Positions 11,299 to 20,095 of a stretch of DNA of 64,000 bases are shown one piece after another (positions within the stretch are counted from its first letter, which is position 1; every line of letters starts with the position of its first letter). This DNA comes from a candidate division WOR-3 bacterium. Its GTDB lineage: Bacteria > Hydrothermota > 32-111. A program made the position numbers and the translations under genes. The notes under the pieces were generated by a model. It searched no databases. It was not told where the DNA came from and saw only the letters and a list, made by a program, of their open reading frames with translations. The DNA is taken from contig JBDRZU010000001.1 in assembly GCA_039804105.1 (NCBI GenBank), positions 1,248,001 through 1,312,000 on the forward strand. The letters are read 5' to 3'.

Positions 11299-12730
11299 TT
11301 TTTCTTCTTTAAACCTAAAAAAATTTTTGAACGATGAAATTGTTGATCTTTTGCCTTCAAGAATAGAAAAAGTTTATTTTCAAAAATTTCTTGAAGAAAG
11401 ATTTTTGACTTTTGAAACAGAGAAATTTAACTTAACTTTTCTCTGTAACAAAAATTTTTCCTTTCTGATGAAAGATAAAGTTGATGGAGAAAAGTTAAAA
11501 ATAAATTTTTCAGAACCTTTGAAAAATTTCTGTAAAGGTGTTAAAATAAAAAAAGTTGTTCAATATGGATTTGAAAGAATAATGACTCTTGAACTCTCCA
11601 ATGGAAAAAAGATTATTTTCAATCTTATTCCCTCAAAATTCAACATAATTATCACAGATGAAAGTTTTAAAATTTTAAACCTTTACTCTTTTCCCAAAAA
11701 CAAAGAGGGGGAACTTGTATATAAAATAGGAGATGAATTCAAAATTGAAGTACAAAACGATTATCTTTCCTATATTGATAACAGAACAAAAAAATTTTTA
11801 TCTGAGAAGAATTTAGATATAGAAACGATTTTAAAAATGGAGAACTATCTTCTTGAAAACAAAGGAAAGTTTACTATTTTGCCTTTTGTTGATGAAGGAT
11901 TTGTTGTTTTAAAAAAGAGTTTTTTGATAACCGATCTTGTGAAGGAATATCTATCCTATGAAGAGGAAAGTTTAAAAAAGAAAGCAAAAGATGTGATTTT
12001 AAATCAGATTGAAAAAGAGATAGAGAATATAAAAGAAAAACTCAGTGGTAATGAAGAAGAAAAATTAAACCTCTTGTTAAATGAGTTAAATGAAAAGATA
12101 GAAACATTGAAAACGAATATTACAAATATAAAGGGAACAGGTATATTTGAGGCAGCATCCGTTTTTAACCAGAACAAAAAAATAGAGATTTTTATAGAGA
12201 AAAATCCTTTTTATACTCTTGATAAACTTTATAAAAAGGTGAAAGATGTAAGAAATGATCTTGAAAAGATTGAACTTTACAAACAAAATCTTTTAAAAAA
12301 ATTAAATGAACTTGAACAGAAAAAGGAAAATTTAGATAAAATACCTTTGAAAATAAAAAAAGAGAAAGAAGAAAAAAGGATAGGAAAAATTTTTTATTCT
12401 CCAAATGGATTTATGGTTATATGTGGAAGAAACAGTGAAGAGAATGACATTATAACTTTAAAGATAGCATCAAAAGAGGATCTTTTTTTTCATGCAAGAG
12501 AAGCTAAAGGTGCTCATGTGATTTTGAAAAAAGGTGGTAAAGAGCCAAAAAAAGAGGATATTTACTATGCTGCTTCGATTGCAGCATACAATTCAAAAGG
12601 AAAACATTCCAGAATTGTTCCAGTTTCATATACTGAAAGAAGATATGTTACAAAAAGGAAGAATAGTCCAAAAGGAGAGGTTGTTCTTTTACGGGAAGAG
12701 GTAATTTTTGTTGAACCAAAAGAAAGATAA
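11285..12730 (+). CDS. NFACT family protein (RqcH/FbpA-like)
   Basis: GRNSEENDIIT, FFHAREAKGAHV, VSYTERRYV (NFACT-R domain). Confidence 0.85.
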   Translation: MRKIDFSSLNLKKFLNDEIVDLLPSRIEKVYFQKFLEERFLTFETEKFNLTFLCNKNFSFLMKDKVDGEKLKINFSEPLKNFCKGVKIKKVVQYGFERIMTLELSNGKKIIFNLIPSKFNIIITDESFKILNLYSFPKNKEGELVYKIGDEFKIEVQNDYLSYIDNRTKKFLSEKNLDIETILKMENYLLENKGKFTILPFVDEGFVVLKKSFLITDLVKEYLSYEEESLKKKAKDVILNQIEKEIENIKEKLSGNEEEKLNLLLNELNEKIETLKTNITNIKGTGIFEAASVFNQNKKIEIFIEKNPFYTLDKLYKKVKDVRNDLEKIELYKQNLLKKLNELEQKKENLDKIPLKIKKEKEEKRIGKIFYSPNGFMVICGRNSEENDIITLKIASKEDLFFHAREAKGAHVILKKGGKEPKKEDIYYAASIAAYNSKGKHSRIVPVSYTERRYVTKRKNSPKGEVVLLREEVIFVEPKER

Positions 12731-12783
12731 TTGAATTAAACAGAAAAATAAGTTAAAATTTATATTATAAATCGGAGGTTTTT

Positions 12784-14529
12784 ATGAAAGAGTTGTTATC
12801 TGGAAACGAGGCGGTTGCAAGAGGTGCTTTTGAAGGTGGAGTTCATTTTGCAACAGCATATCCTGGAACCCCATCAACAGAAATATTAGAAAATATGGCA
12901 AAATATAAAGAAGTCCATTCACAATGGTCTGTTAACGAAAAAACGGCACTTGAAACAGCAATAGGTGCTTCATTCGGCGGGATGAGATCTATTGTTGCGA
13001 TGAAACATGTTGGACTCAATGTTGCTGCCGATCCTTTATTTTCTGTTGGATATATTGGAGCGAAAGGTGGTCTTGTTATAGTGAGTGCAGATGACCCGGG
13101 GATGCATTCTTCACAGAACGAGCAGGACAACAGGAATTATGCAAGATCGGCAAAGATTCCAATGCTTGAACCATCAGATTCTCAGGAAGCAAAAGATTTT
13201 ACGAAAATGGCTTTCGTTATCAGTGAAGAGTTTGATACTCCCGTTTTGCTCAGGTTAACAACGAGAATTTCACATTCAAAAAGTGTTGTTAAACTTGGAG
13301 ATAGAGAGGTTGTTCCTGTTAAAGGATATGAAAAGGATATAAAAAAGAACCTTATTCTTCCTGCACATGCAAGATTGCTTCACAAAAAGGTTGAGGAAAG
13401 GTTCAAAAAGTTGAAAGAACTTTCAAATGATTTTAAGTTTAATTTTATCGAATATAAAGATAAAAAAGTTGGAATAATAACATCTGGAATATCATACCAG
13501 TACGCAAAAGAAGCGATGCCTGATGCTTCATTTCTAAAAATATCTTTAACATGGCCTTTACCTGAGGAGTTGATAAAAGAGTTTGCCAAAAATGTTCAAG
13601 TGTTATATGTTGTTGAAGAGAATGATCCCTTCCTTGAAACTGAGATAAAAGCGATGGGGATTGATGTTGTTGGAAAAGAGTTGATACCGGAAGTTGGGGA
13701 ACTCAATCCCTATATAGTAAAAGTTTCTCTTGGTGTAATTAAACCTTATACTCCAAAGAATGTTGAAGTTAAAGCACCACCAAGACCACCAGCACTCTGT
13801 CCTGGTTGTCCGCACACATCAGTTTTTTATGCGATAAACAAGAATAAACTTATCGCAACAGGTGATATTGGTTGCTATACACTTGGAGCACTTCCACCTC
13901 TTAATGCTATGGATACATGTGTTGATATGGGTGCATCTATAACAAACGCTATAGGTCTTGAATATGCTTTGAAAAAGGCAAATGATAACAGAAAGATTGT
14001 TGCAGTTATCGGTGATTCAACATTTTATCATTCAGGGATCACAGGTCTTATCGATATGATATATAATGGGTCCAAAGGAACAGTGATAATTCTTGATAAT
14101 TCAATAACCGCAATGACAGGACACCAGGATAATCCAGGCACAGGAAAAACATTGATGGGAGAAGAAGCGCCAATAGTTGATATTGAAAAACTTGTGAGAG
14201 GTCTTGGAGTAAAAAATGTAAAGGTTATAGATACATATAACCTTGAAGAGGTCATGAAAACGATCAAAGAGGAAAGCGAAAAGGATGAACTTTCAGTTAT
14301 AATAGCAAAAAGACCATGTATGCTTTTACCTGACATGAAGAAGAAAAAGTTTGATAAATACGAGGTTGACCAGACAAAGTGCACCGGCTGTCAGATGTGC
14401 GTAAAGATTGGTTGTCCAGCAATATCTTTTGATAAAAAAGAAAAGAAAGCTAAAATCAATTATGATCTCTGTGTTGGTTGTTCACTATGTTTTCAGGTTT
14501 GCAAATTCAACGCTATCAAAAAAGTGTAA
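12784..14529 (+). CDS. iorA: Indolepyruvate:ferredoxin oxidoreductase alpha subunit
   Basis: YPGTPSTE, MKHVGLNVAADP, CPGCPH, GDIGCY, two C-terminal 4Fe-4S motifs. Confidence 0.95.
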   Translation: MKELLSGNEAVARGAFEGGVHFATAYPGTPSTEILENMAKYKEVHSQWSVNEKTALETAIGASFGGMRSIVAMKHVGLNVAADPLFSVGYIGAKGGLVIVSADDPGMHSSQNEQDNRNYARSAKIPMLEPSDSQEAKDFTKMAFVISEEFDTPVLLRLTTRISHSKSVVKLGDREVVPVKGYEKDIKKNLILPAHARLLHKKVEERFKKLKELSNDFKFNFIEYKDKKVGIITSGISYQYAKEAMPDASFLKISLTWPLPEELIKEFAKNVQVLYVVEENDPFLETEIKAMGIDVVGKELIPEVGELNPYIVKVSLGVIKPYTPKNVEVKAPPRPPALCPGCPHTSVFYAINKNKLIATGDIGCYTLGALPPLNAMDTCVDMGASITNAIGLEYALKKANDNRKIVAVIGDSTFYHSGITGLIDMIYNGSKGTVIILDNSITAMTGHQDNPGTGKTLMGEEAPIVDIEKLVRGLGVKNVKVIDTYNLEEVMKTIKEESEKDELSVIIAKRPCMLLPDMKKKKFDKYEVDQTKCTGCQMCVKIGCPAISFDKKEKKAKINYDLCVGCSLCFQVCKFNAIKKV

Positions 14530-14538
14530 GGAGTTATT

Positions 14539-15123
14539 ATGGAAAATAAAAGAATAATAATCGCAGGTGTAGGTGGACAGGGAATACTGCTCGCTTCCGA
14601 TCTGTTGTCTGATGCTGCAATGAGAGCGGGTTTTGATGCAAAAAAATCTGAAGTTCATGGTATGAGCCAGAGAGGTGGAGATGTTGTGAGTCATATAGTT
14701 TTTGGTGAAAAGGTTTATTCTCCTCTGATCTCTTTTAACGAAGCGGATGTGATACTCTCCTTTGAACAGATCGAAGCGCTAAGAAACATAGATTTTTTGA
14801 AAGACGATGGAGTTATGATAATAAACACAACAAAAATATTGCCACTGCCGGTTGCTGCTGGACTTATGGATTATCCAGAGGATCCAATTGGAGAGGTGAA
14901 AAAATTTATCAAGAAAACCTATGTTGTTGATGCTGAAAAAATCGCAAAAGAGATAGGGAACATTAAGGTGATGAACGTGGTTCTTCTCGGTTTCCTTGCA
15001 AAGAACATAAAAGAGATTGAAAAAAAATATTGGGAAGAATCTTTGAAGGAAAGATTACCAGAAAAAGTTTTTGATATAAATTTACAGGCATTCAATAGAG
15101 GATACAACTTAGAAGAGAAATGA
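14539..15123 (+). CDS. iorB: Indolepyruvate:ferredoxin oxidoreductase beta subunit
   Basis: GVGGQG, SEVHGMSQRGG; follows iorA. Confidence 0.95.
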   Translation: MENKRIIIAGVGGQGILLASDLLSDAAMRAGFDAKKSEVHGMSQRGGDVVSHIVFGEKVYSPLISFNEADVILSFEQIEALRNIDFLKDDGVMIINTTKILPLPVAAGLMDYPEDPIGEVKKFIKKTYVVDAEKIAKEIGNIKVMNVVLLGFLAKNIKEIEKKYWEESLKERLPEKVFDINLQAFNRGYNLEEK

Positions 15124-16331
15124 AAATAATCTATGGTGTTGCTGGTCATGGAAATGGACATATAACAAGAAGCACCTATGTGATAAATTTTCTTGAACAG
15201 CATGGCTGTAAGGTGAAAATCCTTACCTATGGGCAGGGTATAAAATATTTAAACATTGTAAAAAAAGATGCTGACTTTCATGATATTTCAGGATTCGATA
15301 TAGTTTACAAAGATGGTGTTGTAAGAAATTACAGAACATTTTATGAATTTTTGAAAAAACTCCCTTTAAACACGACAAAACAATTCATATATTTTTTCAG
15401 AATGCTTTATCAGTATAAACCTGATCTTGTGATTTCTGATTTTGAACCTTTTTCCCAGATATTTGCAAAAACAGTTGGAATACCACTTATCAATATTGAC
15501 AACAACATTACCGTTAACATTTTAAAAGAGATACCCGACAAAACATCCTTTACAGAAAAATATTTTACACAACTTGTGATAAACCTTTTTGAAAGAAAAG
15601 CAAACTACCATTTCATTCTATCATTCGCTGATAAATTTATAGAACTTCCAAAAGAATCAAAATATAAAATAATTGTTGTTCCACCGATTATAAGAAAAGA
15701 GGTTATAGAAGCAGCGAAAGAAAAAGAGGAGGGAGATTTTATCTTAATATATCAAACATCAACAAGTATGATTGAACAGATAAATAAAATCGTCTGGACT
15801 TTTCCAGATGTTAATTTCGTTTCATTCGGTTTAGATCTTGAGGATAGTAAAAATTTAAAGAAGGAGAACTTTTCCAAAGATGGATTTTTAAAAGCGTTAT
15901 CCAAATGTAAAGGAGTTATAACAAACGGTGGTTTTTCTTTGATCACTGAAGCGATTTATTTAAAAAAGCCAATCTTTACGGTTCCAATCAAAGGACAGTA
16001 TGAACAGAGGGTAAACAGTTTTCTCGTTGAGAAAATGGGATATGGACTTTCATCTTTGAATTTTTCAATAGATGATTTTAAAAAGTTTTTAAATAATCTT
16101 GATGATTACAAAAAAAATCTTGAGAACTATAAACAGGATGAAAACAGGGTCTTCGAATCAAAACTTTTAAAAATAATTTCCAGAATAGAACCTGGATCTT
16201 TGAACCGATTCTATGAGACAATATTTATAACTGTGATTCCAGTGATCCAGTTAAACCTGTTAAAATTTTTCTTTGCGAAAATTTTTCCGATTTACAAAAA
16301 GCAGATCAGAAGGTTAAGAAATTTAATTTAA
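15120..16331 (+). CDS. GT-B glycosyltransferase (MJ1255/VC2487-like)
   Basis: GHGNGHITRS, PDLVISDFEP, NGGFSLITEA, GQYEQ. Confidence 0.8.
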   Translation: MKIIYGVAGHGNGHITRSTYVINFLEQHGCKVKILTYGQGIKYLNIVKKDADFHDISGFDIVYKDGVVRNYRTFYEFLKKLPLNTTKQFIYFFRMLYQYKPDLVISDFEPFSQIFAKTVGIPLINIDNNITVNILKEIPDKTSFTEKYFTQLVINLFERKANYHFILSFADKFIELPKESKYKIIVVPPIIRKEVIEAAKEKEEGDFILIYQTSTSMIEQINKIVWTFPDVNFVSFGLDLEDSKNLKKENFSKDGFLKALSKCKGVITNGGFSLITEAIYLKKPIFTVPIKGQYEQRVNSFLVEKMGYGLSSLNFSIDDFKKFLNNLDDYKKNLENYKQDENRVFESKLLKIISRIEPGSLNRFYETIFITVIPVIQLNLLKFFFAKIFPIYKKQIRRLRNLI

Positions 16332-16711
16332 TCTCTCAACAAATCTTTCAACTTTTCAATTTTTTTGTTATACCAGAAAATTGCGTTTTCATAATCTCCA
16401 AGCATCTCGTAGACCTTTGCTATTTCATCTTCTGTGTATTCTATTATTTTTTCACTTTTCTTTTCATCATCTTTATTTTTTATTCTATCAAGAATTTTTT
16501 TCACTTCATCCGTTGCAAAATTTTTTTCTAAAAGTGAAAAACATAAATCTTTTGCTCTTCTGTAAAGACCAAGACCTTCGAATGCAATTATTTTGTAGAA
16601 TGTTATACCGGGATCATTGTTTTCTTTTTCGAGTTCCTCCAGTATCTCGAGTGCTTCTTTGAAGAGTCCCTGTTGCAAATAGATTTTTGCAGCAGTTAAT
16701 GTTTTGAACAT
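16328..16711 (-). CDS. TPR-like protein
   Basis: TLTAAKIYLQQG...EAL and AKVYEMLGDYENAIFWY helical repeats. Confidence 0.65.
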   Translation of the reverse strand: MFKTLTAAKIYLQQGLFKEALEILEELEKENNDPGITFYKIIAFEGLGLYRRAKDLCFSLLEKNFATDEVKKILDRIKNKDDEKKSEKIIEYTEDEIAKVYEMLGDYENAIFWYNKKIEKLKDLLRD

Positions 16712-16713
16712 TA

Positions 16714-16926
16714 TTATATTTCTCTCTGTTGTTCTTCTGTTCCGTTATAACAATAGGAATGAAATTTGTATTTTTTTTCAATGTGATGTTTACATTTTAT
16801 ACATAAACATTTTTCTGGATTTATATTTTCAAATATGTTAAAAAACTCTTCACAGAAAAACTTTGAATTTGAATCCTTTTTGAAATTTGCACATTTAACG
16901 CATAAACACTCTTGTTTTTTATTCAT
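16714..16926 (-). CDS. Cys-rich small protein, DUF2769-like
   Basis: CxCxxC...FC...CxCxxC...YC pattern; SD AAGGAG and own promoter. Confidence 0.6.
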   Translation of the reverse strand: MNKKQECLCVKCANFKKDSNSKFFCEEFFNIFENINPEKCLCIKCKHHIEKKYKFHSYCYNGTEEQQREI

Positions 16927-17056
16927 AAATGAACTCCTTTTTAAAATTATAAAATCTAATAAAAAAAATACAATATAAAAAAATAAAAAAAACTCTTGAA
17001 AAAAAATTTTTTTGTGATATAAATTTTTTAGAAACCTTTAACAAGTAGGAGGGACA

Positions 17057-17122
17057 ATGCCAGCAAAGAAAACTGCAAAGAAGCCAGCGAAAAAGGCAGC
17101 AAAAAAGACAACAAAGAAGTAA
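17057..17122 (+). CDS. 21-aa Lys/Ala-rich micro-protein MPAKKTAKKPAKKAAKKTTKK (histone H1-tail-like)
   Basis: SD AGGAGG, promoter TTGAAA-16-TATAAA (16996-17023), intrinsic terminator immediately downstream. Confidence 0.75.
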   Translation: MPAKKTAKKPAKKAAKKTTKK

Positions 17123-17137
17123 GCAGCGGGAAAGAGT

Positions 17138-17167
17138 AGAGCCGGTCGATGACCGGCTCTTTTTTTT
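17138..17167 (+). terminator. Rho-independent terminator
   Basis: AGAGCCGGTC-gat-GACCGGCTCT hairpin followed by a T tract. Confidence 0.9.
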
Positions 17168-17180
17168 GAGGGAGGTTTTT

Positions 17181-18209
17181 GTGAAAGAGATTGTTGTTCT
17201 TCATAACAAAAAAAGAATTGAAAAATTTTTCGGAAAAAATTCTTTAACAAAAATTCAGGATACTCTTGTTTCGCTTCTTGATAATCTTACTTTTATAGAT
17301 GTTGAAGATGGAAATGAAAGGAAAGTGAAAAAGTATATTTTTGAAGAGTTGAAGGATTCTATACTGATTGTAATTGGAAACGATAATCTTTTTCCCTTTC
17401 ACAGAATAAAATCTCCAATAGATGATGGAGATGGAATGATCTTAACTGACAATTTTTTTGTTTGTGATGATAAAGATTTGCTTCTACCTGAAATCGAAAT
17501 CACAAGAGTTCCAAATTCGATGGATGAAAAGATAGATTCGTTCCTAACAAAAATTGAAAAAATTTTTTCAACGAAAAACATTAGAGTTTGTGAGAAAAAT
17601 GGAATAACTGCTGAAATTTGGAAAAAAGCATCATTTGAAGTTTTTAATAAAATAAAAGGTCAGGGAGAGATTTTGATTTCACCACCTTTTGAAGTTTCTC
17701 AAAAGTACGAGTTTAAAAATTTTTCCGGTTCATTTTATTTTAACCTACATGGAAGCGATCAACTTCCTGGATGGTATGGACAGAGAGCAAGAAACTCTGA
17801 TTATAAAGAGGAATATCCTTTAGCACTACTTCCAAAAAGTTTAGAAAGTGGAATTAAAAATTCTTTTTTCTTTTCTGAAGCGTGTTTTGGTGGTTATGTT
17901 TACAACAAGAAAGAAAAAGATTCTATTGTTTTATCAGCGTTAAAAAATTCATTTTTGTTCTGTGCATGTTCGACAGCAACCGCTTATGGACCACTCTATC
18001 CCCCTTCAAGTGAGGCGGATCTTTTAGCAAAATTATTTTTTGAAAATCTACAAAGAGGTCAGAGATCATCACTTGCTTTCTTAAATGCTAAGAAAGATTT
18101 TATCCGATTGAATATTGAAAAAAATAAATATCTTGATGATGATGATAAAAAAACGATAATCGAATTTACTCTCTATGGTAATCCTTTAGTGGAGGTCTCT
18201 TATGAATAA
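17181..18209 (+). CDS. Peptidase C25/caspase-fold protein without signal peptide
   Basis: NLHGS and SEACFG His/Cys dyad, terminal LYGNP; GTG start after GGAGG. Confidence 0.65.
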   Translation: MKEIVVLHNKKRIEKFFGKNSLTKIQDTLVSLLDNLTFIDVEDGNERKVKKYIFEELKDSILIVIGNDNLFPFHRIKSPIDDGDGMILTDNFFVCDDKDLLLPEIEITRVPNSMDEKIDSFLTKIEKIFSTKNIRVCEKNGITAEIWKKASFEVFNKIKGQGEILISPPFEVSQKYEFKNFSGSFYFNLHGSDQLPGWYGQRARNSDYKEEYPLALLPKSLESGIKNSFFFSEACFGGYVYNKKEKDSIVLSALKNSFLFCACSTATAYGPLYPPSSEADLLAKLFFENLQRGQRSSLAFLNAKKDFIRLNIEKNKYLDDDDKKTIIEFTLYGNPLVEVSYE

Positions 18210-18462
18210 GAAAGAGTTAAAAAATATTGTTAATGAATATGTTGAGAAAAACTATAAAGAATTTTTTGAACTGAAACCAAAAATAAAAGAGATTGATACA
18301 GATATAGAATCTTTTCAAAAGAGATTGAAAATAAAAGCAAAACCTGTAAAACAGAAACTCTATTCGTTTGTCTATGTTAAGGATGAGAAGCCATTCAAGA
18401 AAATATTAAAACTAACTGTTGATGAGAATGGATCAATAATAAAAGTGGTAGCAAGCAGATAA
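18202..18462 (+). CDS. Hypothetical small protein coupled to the C25-like gene
   Basis: SD GGAGG; overlaps upstream stop. Confidence 0.7.
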   Translation: MNKKELKNIVNEYVEKNYKEFFELKPKIKEIDTDIESFQKRLKIKAKPVKQKLYSFVYVKDEKPFKKILKLTVDENGSIIKVVASR

Positions 18463-18571
18463 AGATTTTGCAAATTTTAATACCTTTTTTAATAAGATCT
18501 AAAAATTATTATTTTTTTGTATTATGAATATATCTTCTATCTTATTAATTTTTTATATGTTGCAAAAAAAA

Positions 18572-18595
18572 GTCAAAAAGTCAAGCACCGTCCCC
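18572..18595 (+). repeat. Island repeat R1 (GTCAAAAAGTCAAGCACCGTCCCC)
   Basis: Exact 24-mer, intergenic. Confidence 0.95.
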
Positions 18596-18732
18596 AAATT
18601 TAAAAAAAATTTTATTGTAAAATTTTTTGATTATCCATTTTGCTCGATTTTTAATTATGTAGAGTTAATAATTGGTATGAAAAGAAATTTGTCAGTTGAC
18701 TCAATTGAATAGCGAGTTATAATATTTAAATT

Positions 18733-18930
18733 ATGATAAAAAACAAAGAAAAATTCTTTAAATTTGAAAAAAAATTAATTAAAAAAACAAAATATAATGT
18801 AAAAAAAAATTTTGAAATTTTTGAAACACTAAAAAGATACTATATTTTATTAGGGAGAAAACAATCGAATAAAGTAAATAGCATTGAACCAAAAATCAGA
18901 ATCGCCAGAGTATTAAATGAAAAAAAATAA
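18733..18930 (+). CDS. Small basic protein, putative antitoxin/partner of the nucleotidyltransferase
   Basis: Promoter TTGACT-16-TATAAT just upstream; overlaps the next gene. Confidence 0.6.
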   Translation: MIKNKEKFFKFEKKLIKKTKYNVKKNFEIFETLKRYYILLGRKQSNKVNSIEPKIRIARVLNEKK

Positions 18931-19474
18931 AAATCTCCTCTCCAGAATTGGAAAAGCACTCGATAAATTCGGAATAGATTATATGGTTATTGGTGGACAA
19001 GCGGTATTGTTATATGGAGAACCTCGTTTTACAAGAGATATTGATATTGTTATAGGAATTACCCCATCAAAAAAAGAAAAAATATTTGATTTGGTTAAAG
19101 AATTGAAATTAAAAATTATAGTAAAAAATCCAGAGAAGTTTATAAAAGAAACCTATGTTTTACCTTGTGAATCTTCTTTAGATGTTATGAGAGTTGATTT
19201 TATTTTTTCAGATTCCGAGTTTGAAAAGAATGCTTTAAAAAGGGTAAGAGTAAAAAAAATTGATGATTGCAAAGTAAAATTTGCTTCTATTGAAGACATT
19301 ATAATTTTAAAAATAGTTGCTGGCAGAGAAAGGGATCTTGAAGATGTTTACAACATTTTGTTAAAAAATAAAACAGTTGATTACAATTATATTTATAAAT
19401 CTTTGAAGTTTTTTGAAACTATATTAAATACAGATTTATCATCAATTTTTAAAAATATCGTCTCCCGTACTTAA
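18917..19474 (+). CDS. Nucleotidyltransferase (AbiEii/DUF6036-like)
   Basis: IGGQAV...TRDID and LKIVAGRERDLED motifs. Confidence 0.8.
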   Translation: MKKNKNLLSRIGKALDKFGIDYMVIGGQAVLLYGEPRFTRDIDIVIGITPSKKEKIFDLVKELKLKIIVKNPEKFIKETYVLPCESSLDVMRVDFIFSDSEFEKNALKRVRVKKIDDCKVKFASIEDIIILKIVAGRERDLEDVYNILLKNKTVDYNYIYKSLKFFETILNTDLSSIFKNIVSRT

Positions 19475-19568
19475 TACTCATAATTTTATATTTTCCTAAG
19501 AAATAATGAAGTATTTTTCTTTAATAAATTACATAAAAAAATTTATTTTTTTATATGTTGCAAAAAAA

Positions 19569-19591
19569 GTCAAAAAGTCAAGCACCGTCCC
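19569..19591 (+). repeat. Island repeat R2
   Basis: 23/24 match; a partial copy CAAGCACCTTTCC follows at 19603-19615. Confidence 0.95.
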
Positions 19592-19632
19592 TAAAAATTT
19601 AACAAGCACCTTTCCTGAAAATTTAAATAATC

Positions 19633-19687
19633 GGTAGGCGCAACCTTCAGGTTGCGCAAATTCTGTATGCTAAAGCCTGAGCCTACC
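19633..19687. repeat. GTAG-type REP inverted pair (REPIN-like)
   Basis: GGTAGGCGCAACCTTCAGGTTGCGC ... GCTAAAGCCTGAGCCTACC. Confidence 0.8.
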
Positions 19688-20095
19688 ATTTTTTGTTTTT
19701 TATAGATTTTTACAAACAAGAATTCAAATCTAAAAAATTTCCAAATGTCATATTCTTCTTAGTGATTATGAATTATTATTGGTTAATTTTTTTAAGAAAT
19801 AATTGTTTTGAGTGATTTTAAATAAGAGTGAAGTGAAAACTGGTGAAAAAAAGAGTTATTTTTGTTAATAATGTGAAGTTAGAAGAGGAATTGAAGAATA
19901 AAAACTAGCAATAAAATATAGAGATAAGGGTATTGACATAAAAGAAAGAAGTTGCTAATATAAATTTAAATAGTTGACATTAAATAGAAAGGGGAAATAG
20001 AAATAATAGAAGGGAAGAATTTTGGATAGTAGATATATAGAGAGAAGTGGAAAGATGGATAGAGAGAAAAAGGATAAAAATAAATGGGGGGTTAG

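Noticed and set aside
17038..17250. 70-aa minus-strand ORF
   Set aside because: Antisense shadow of the Lys-rich micro-ORF and its terminator.
18524..18712. 62-aa ORF spanning repeat R1
   Set aside because: No SD; overlaps the repeat and the promoter of the next gene; likely spurious.
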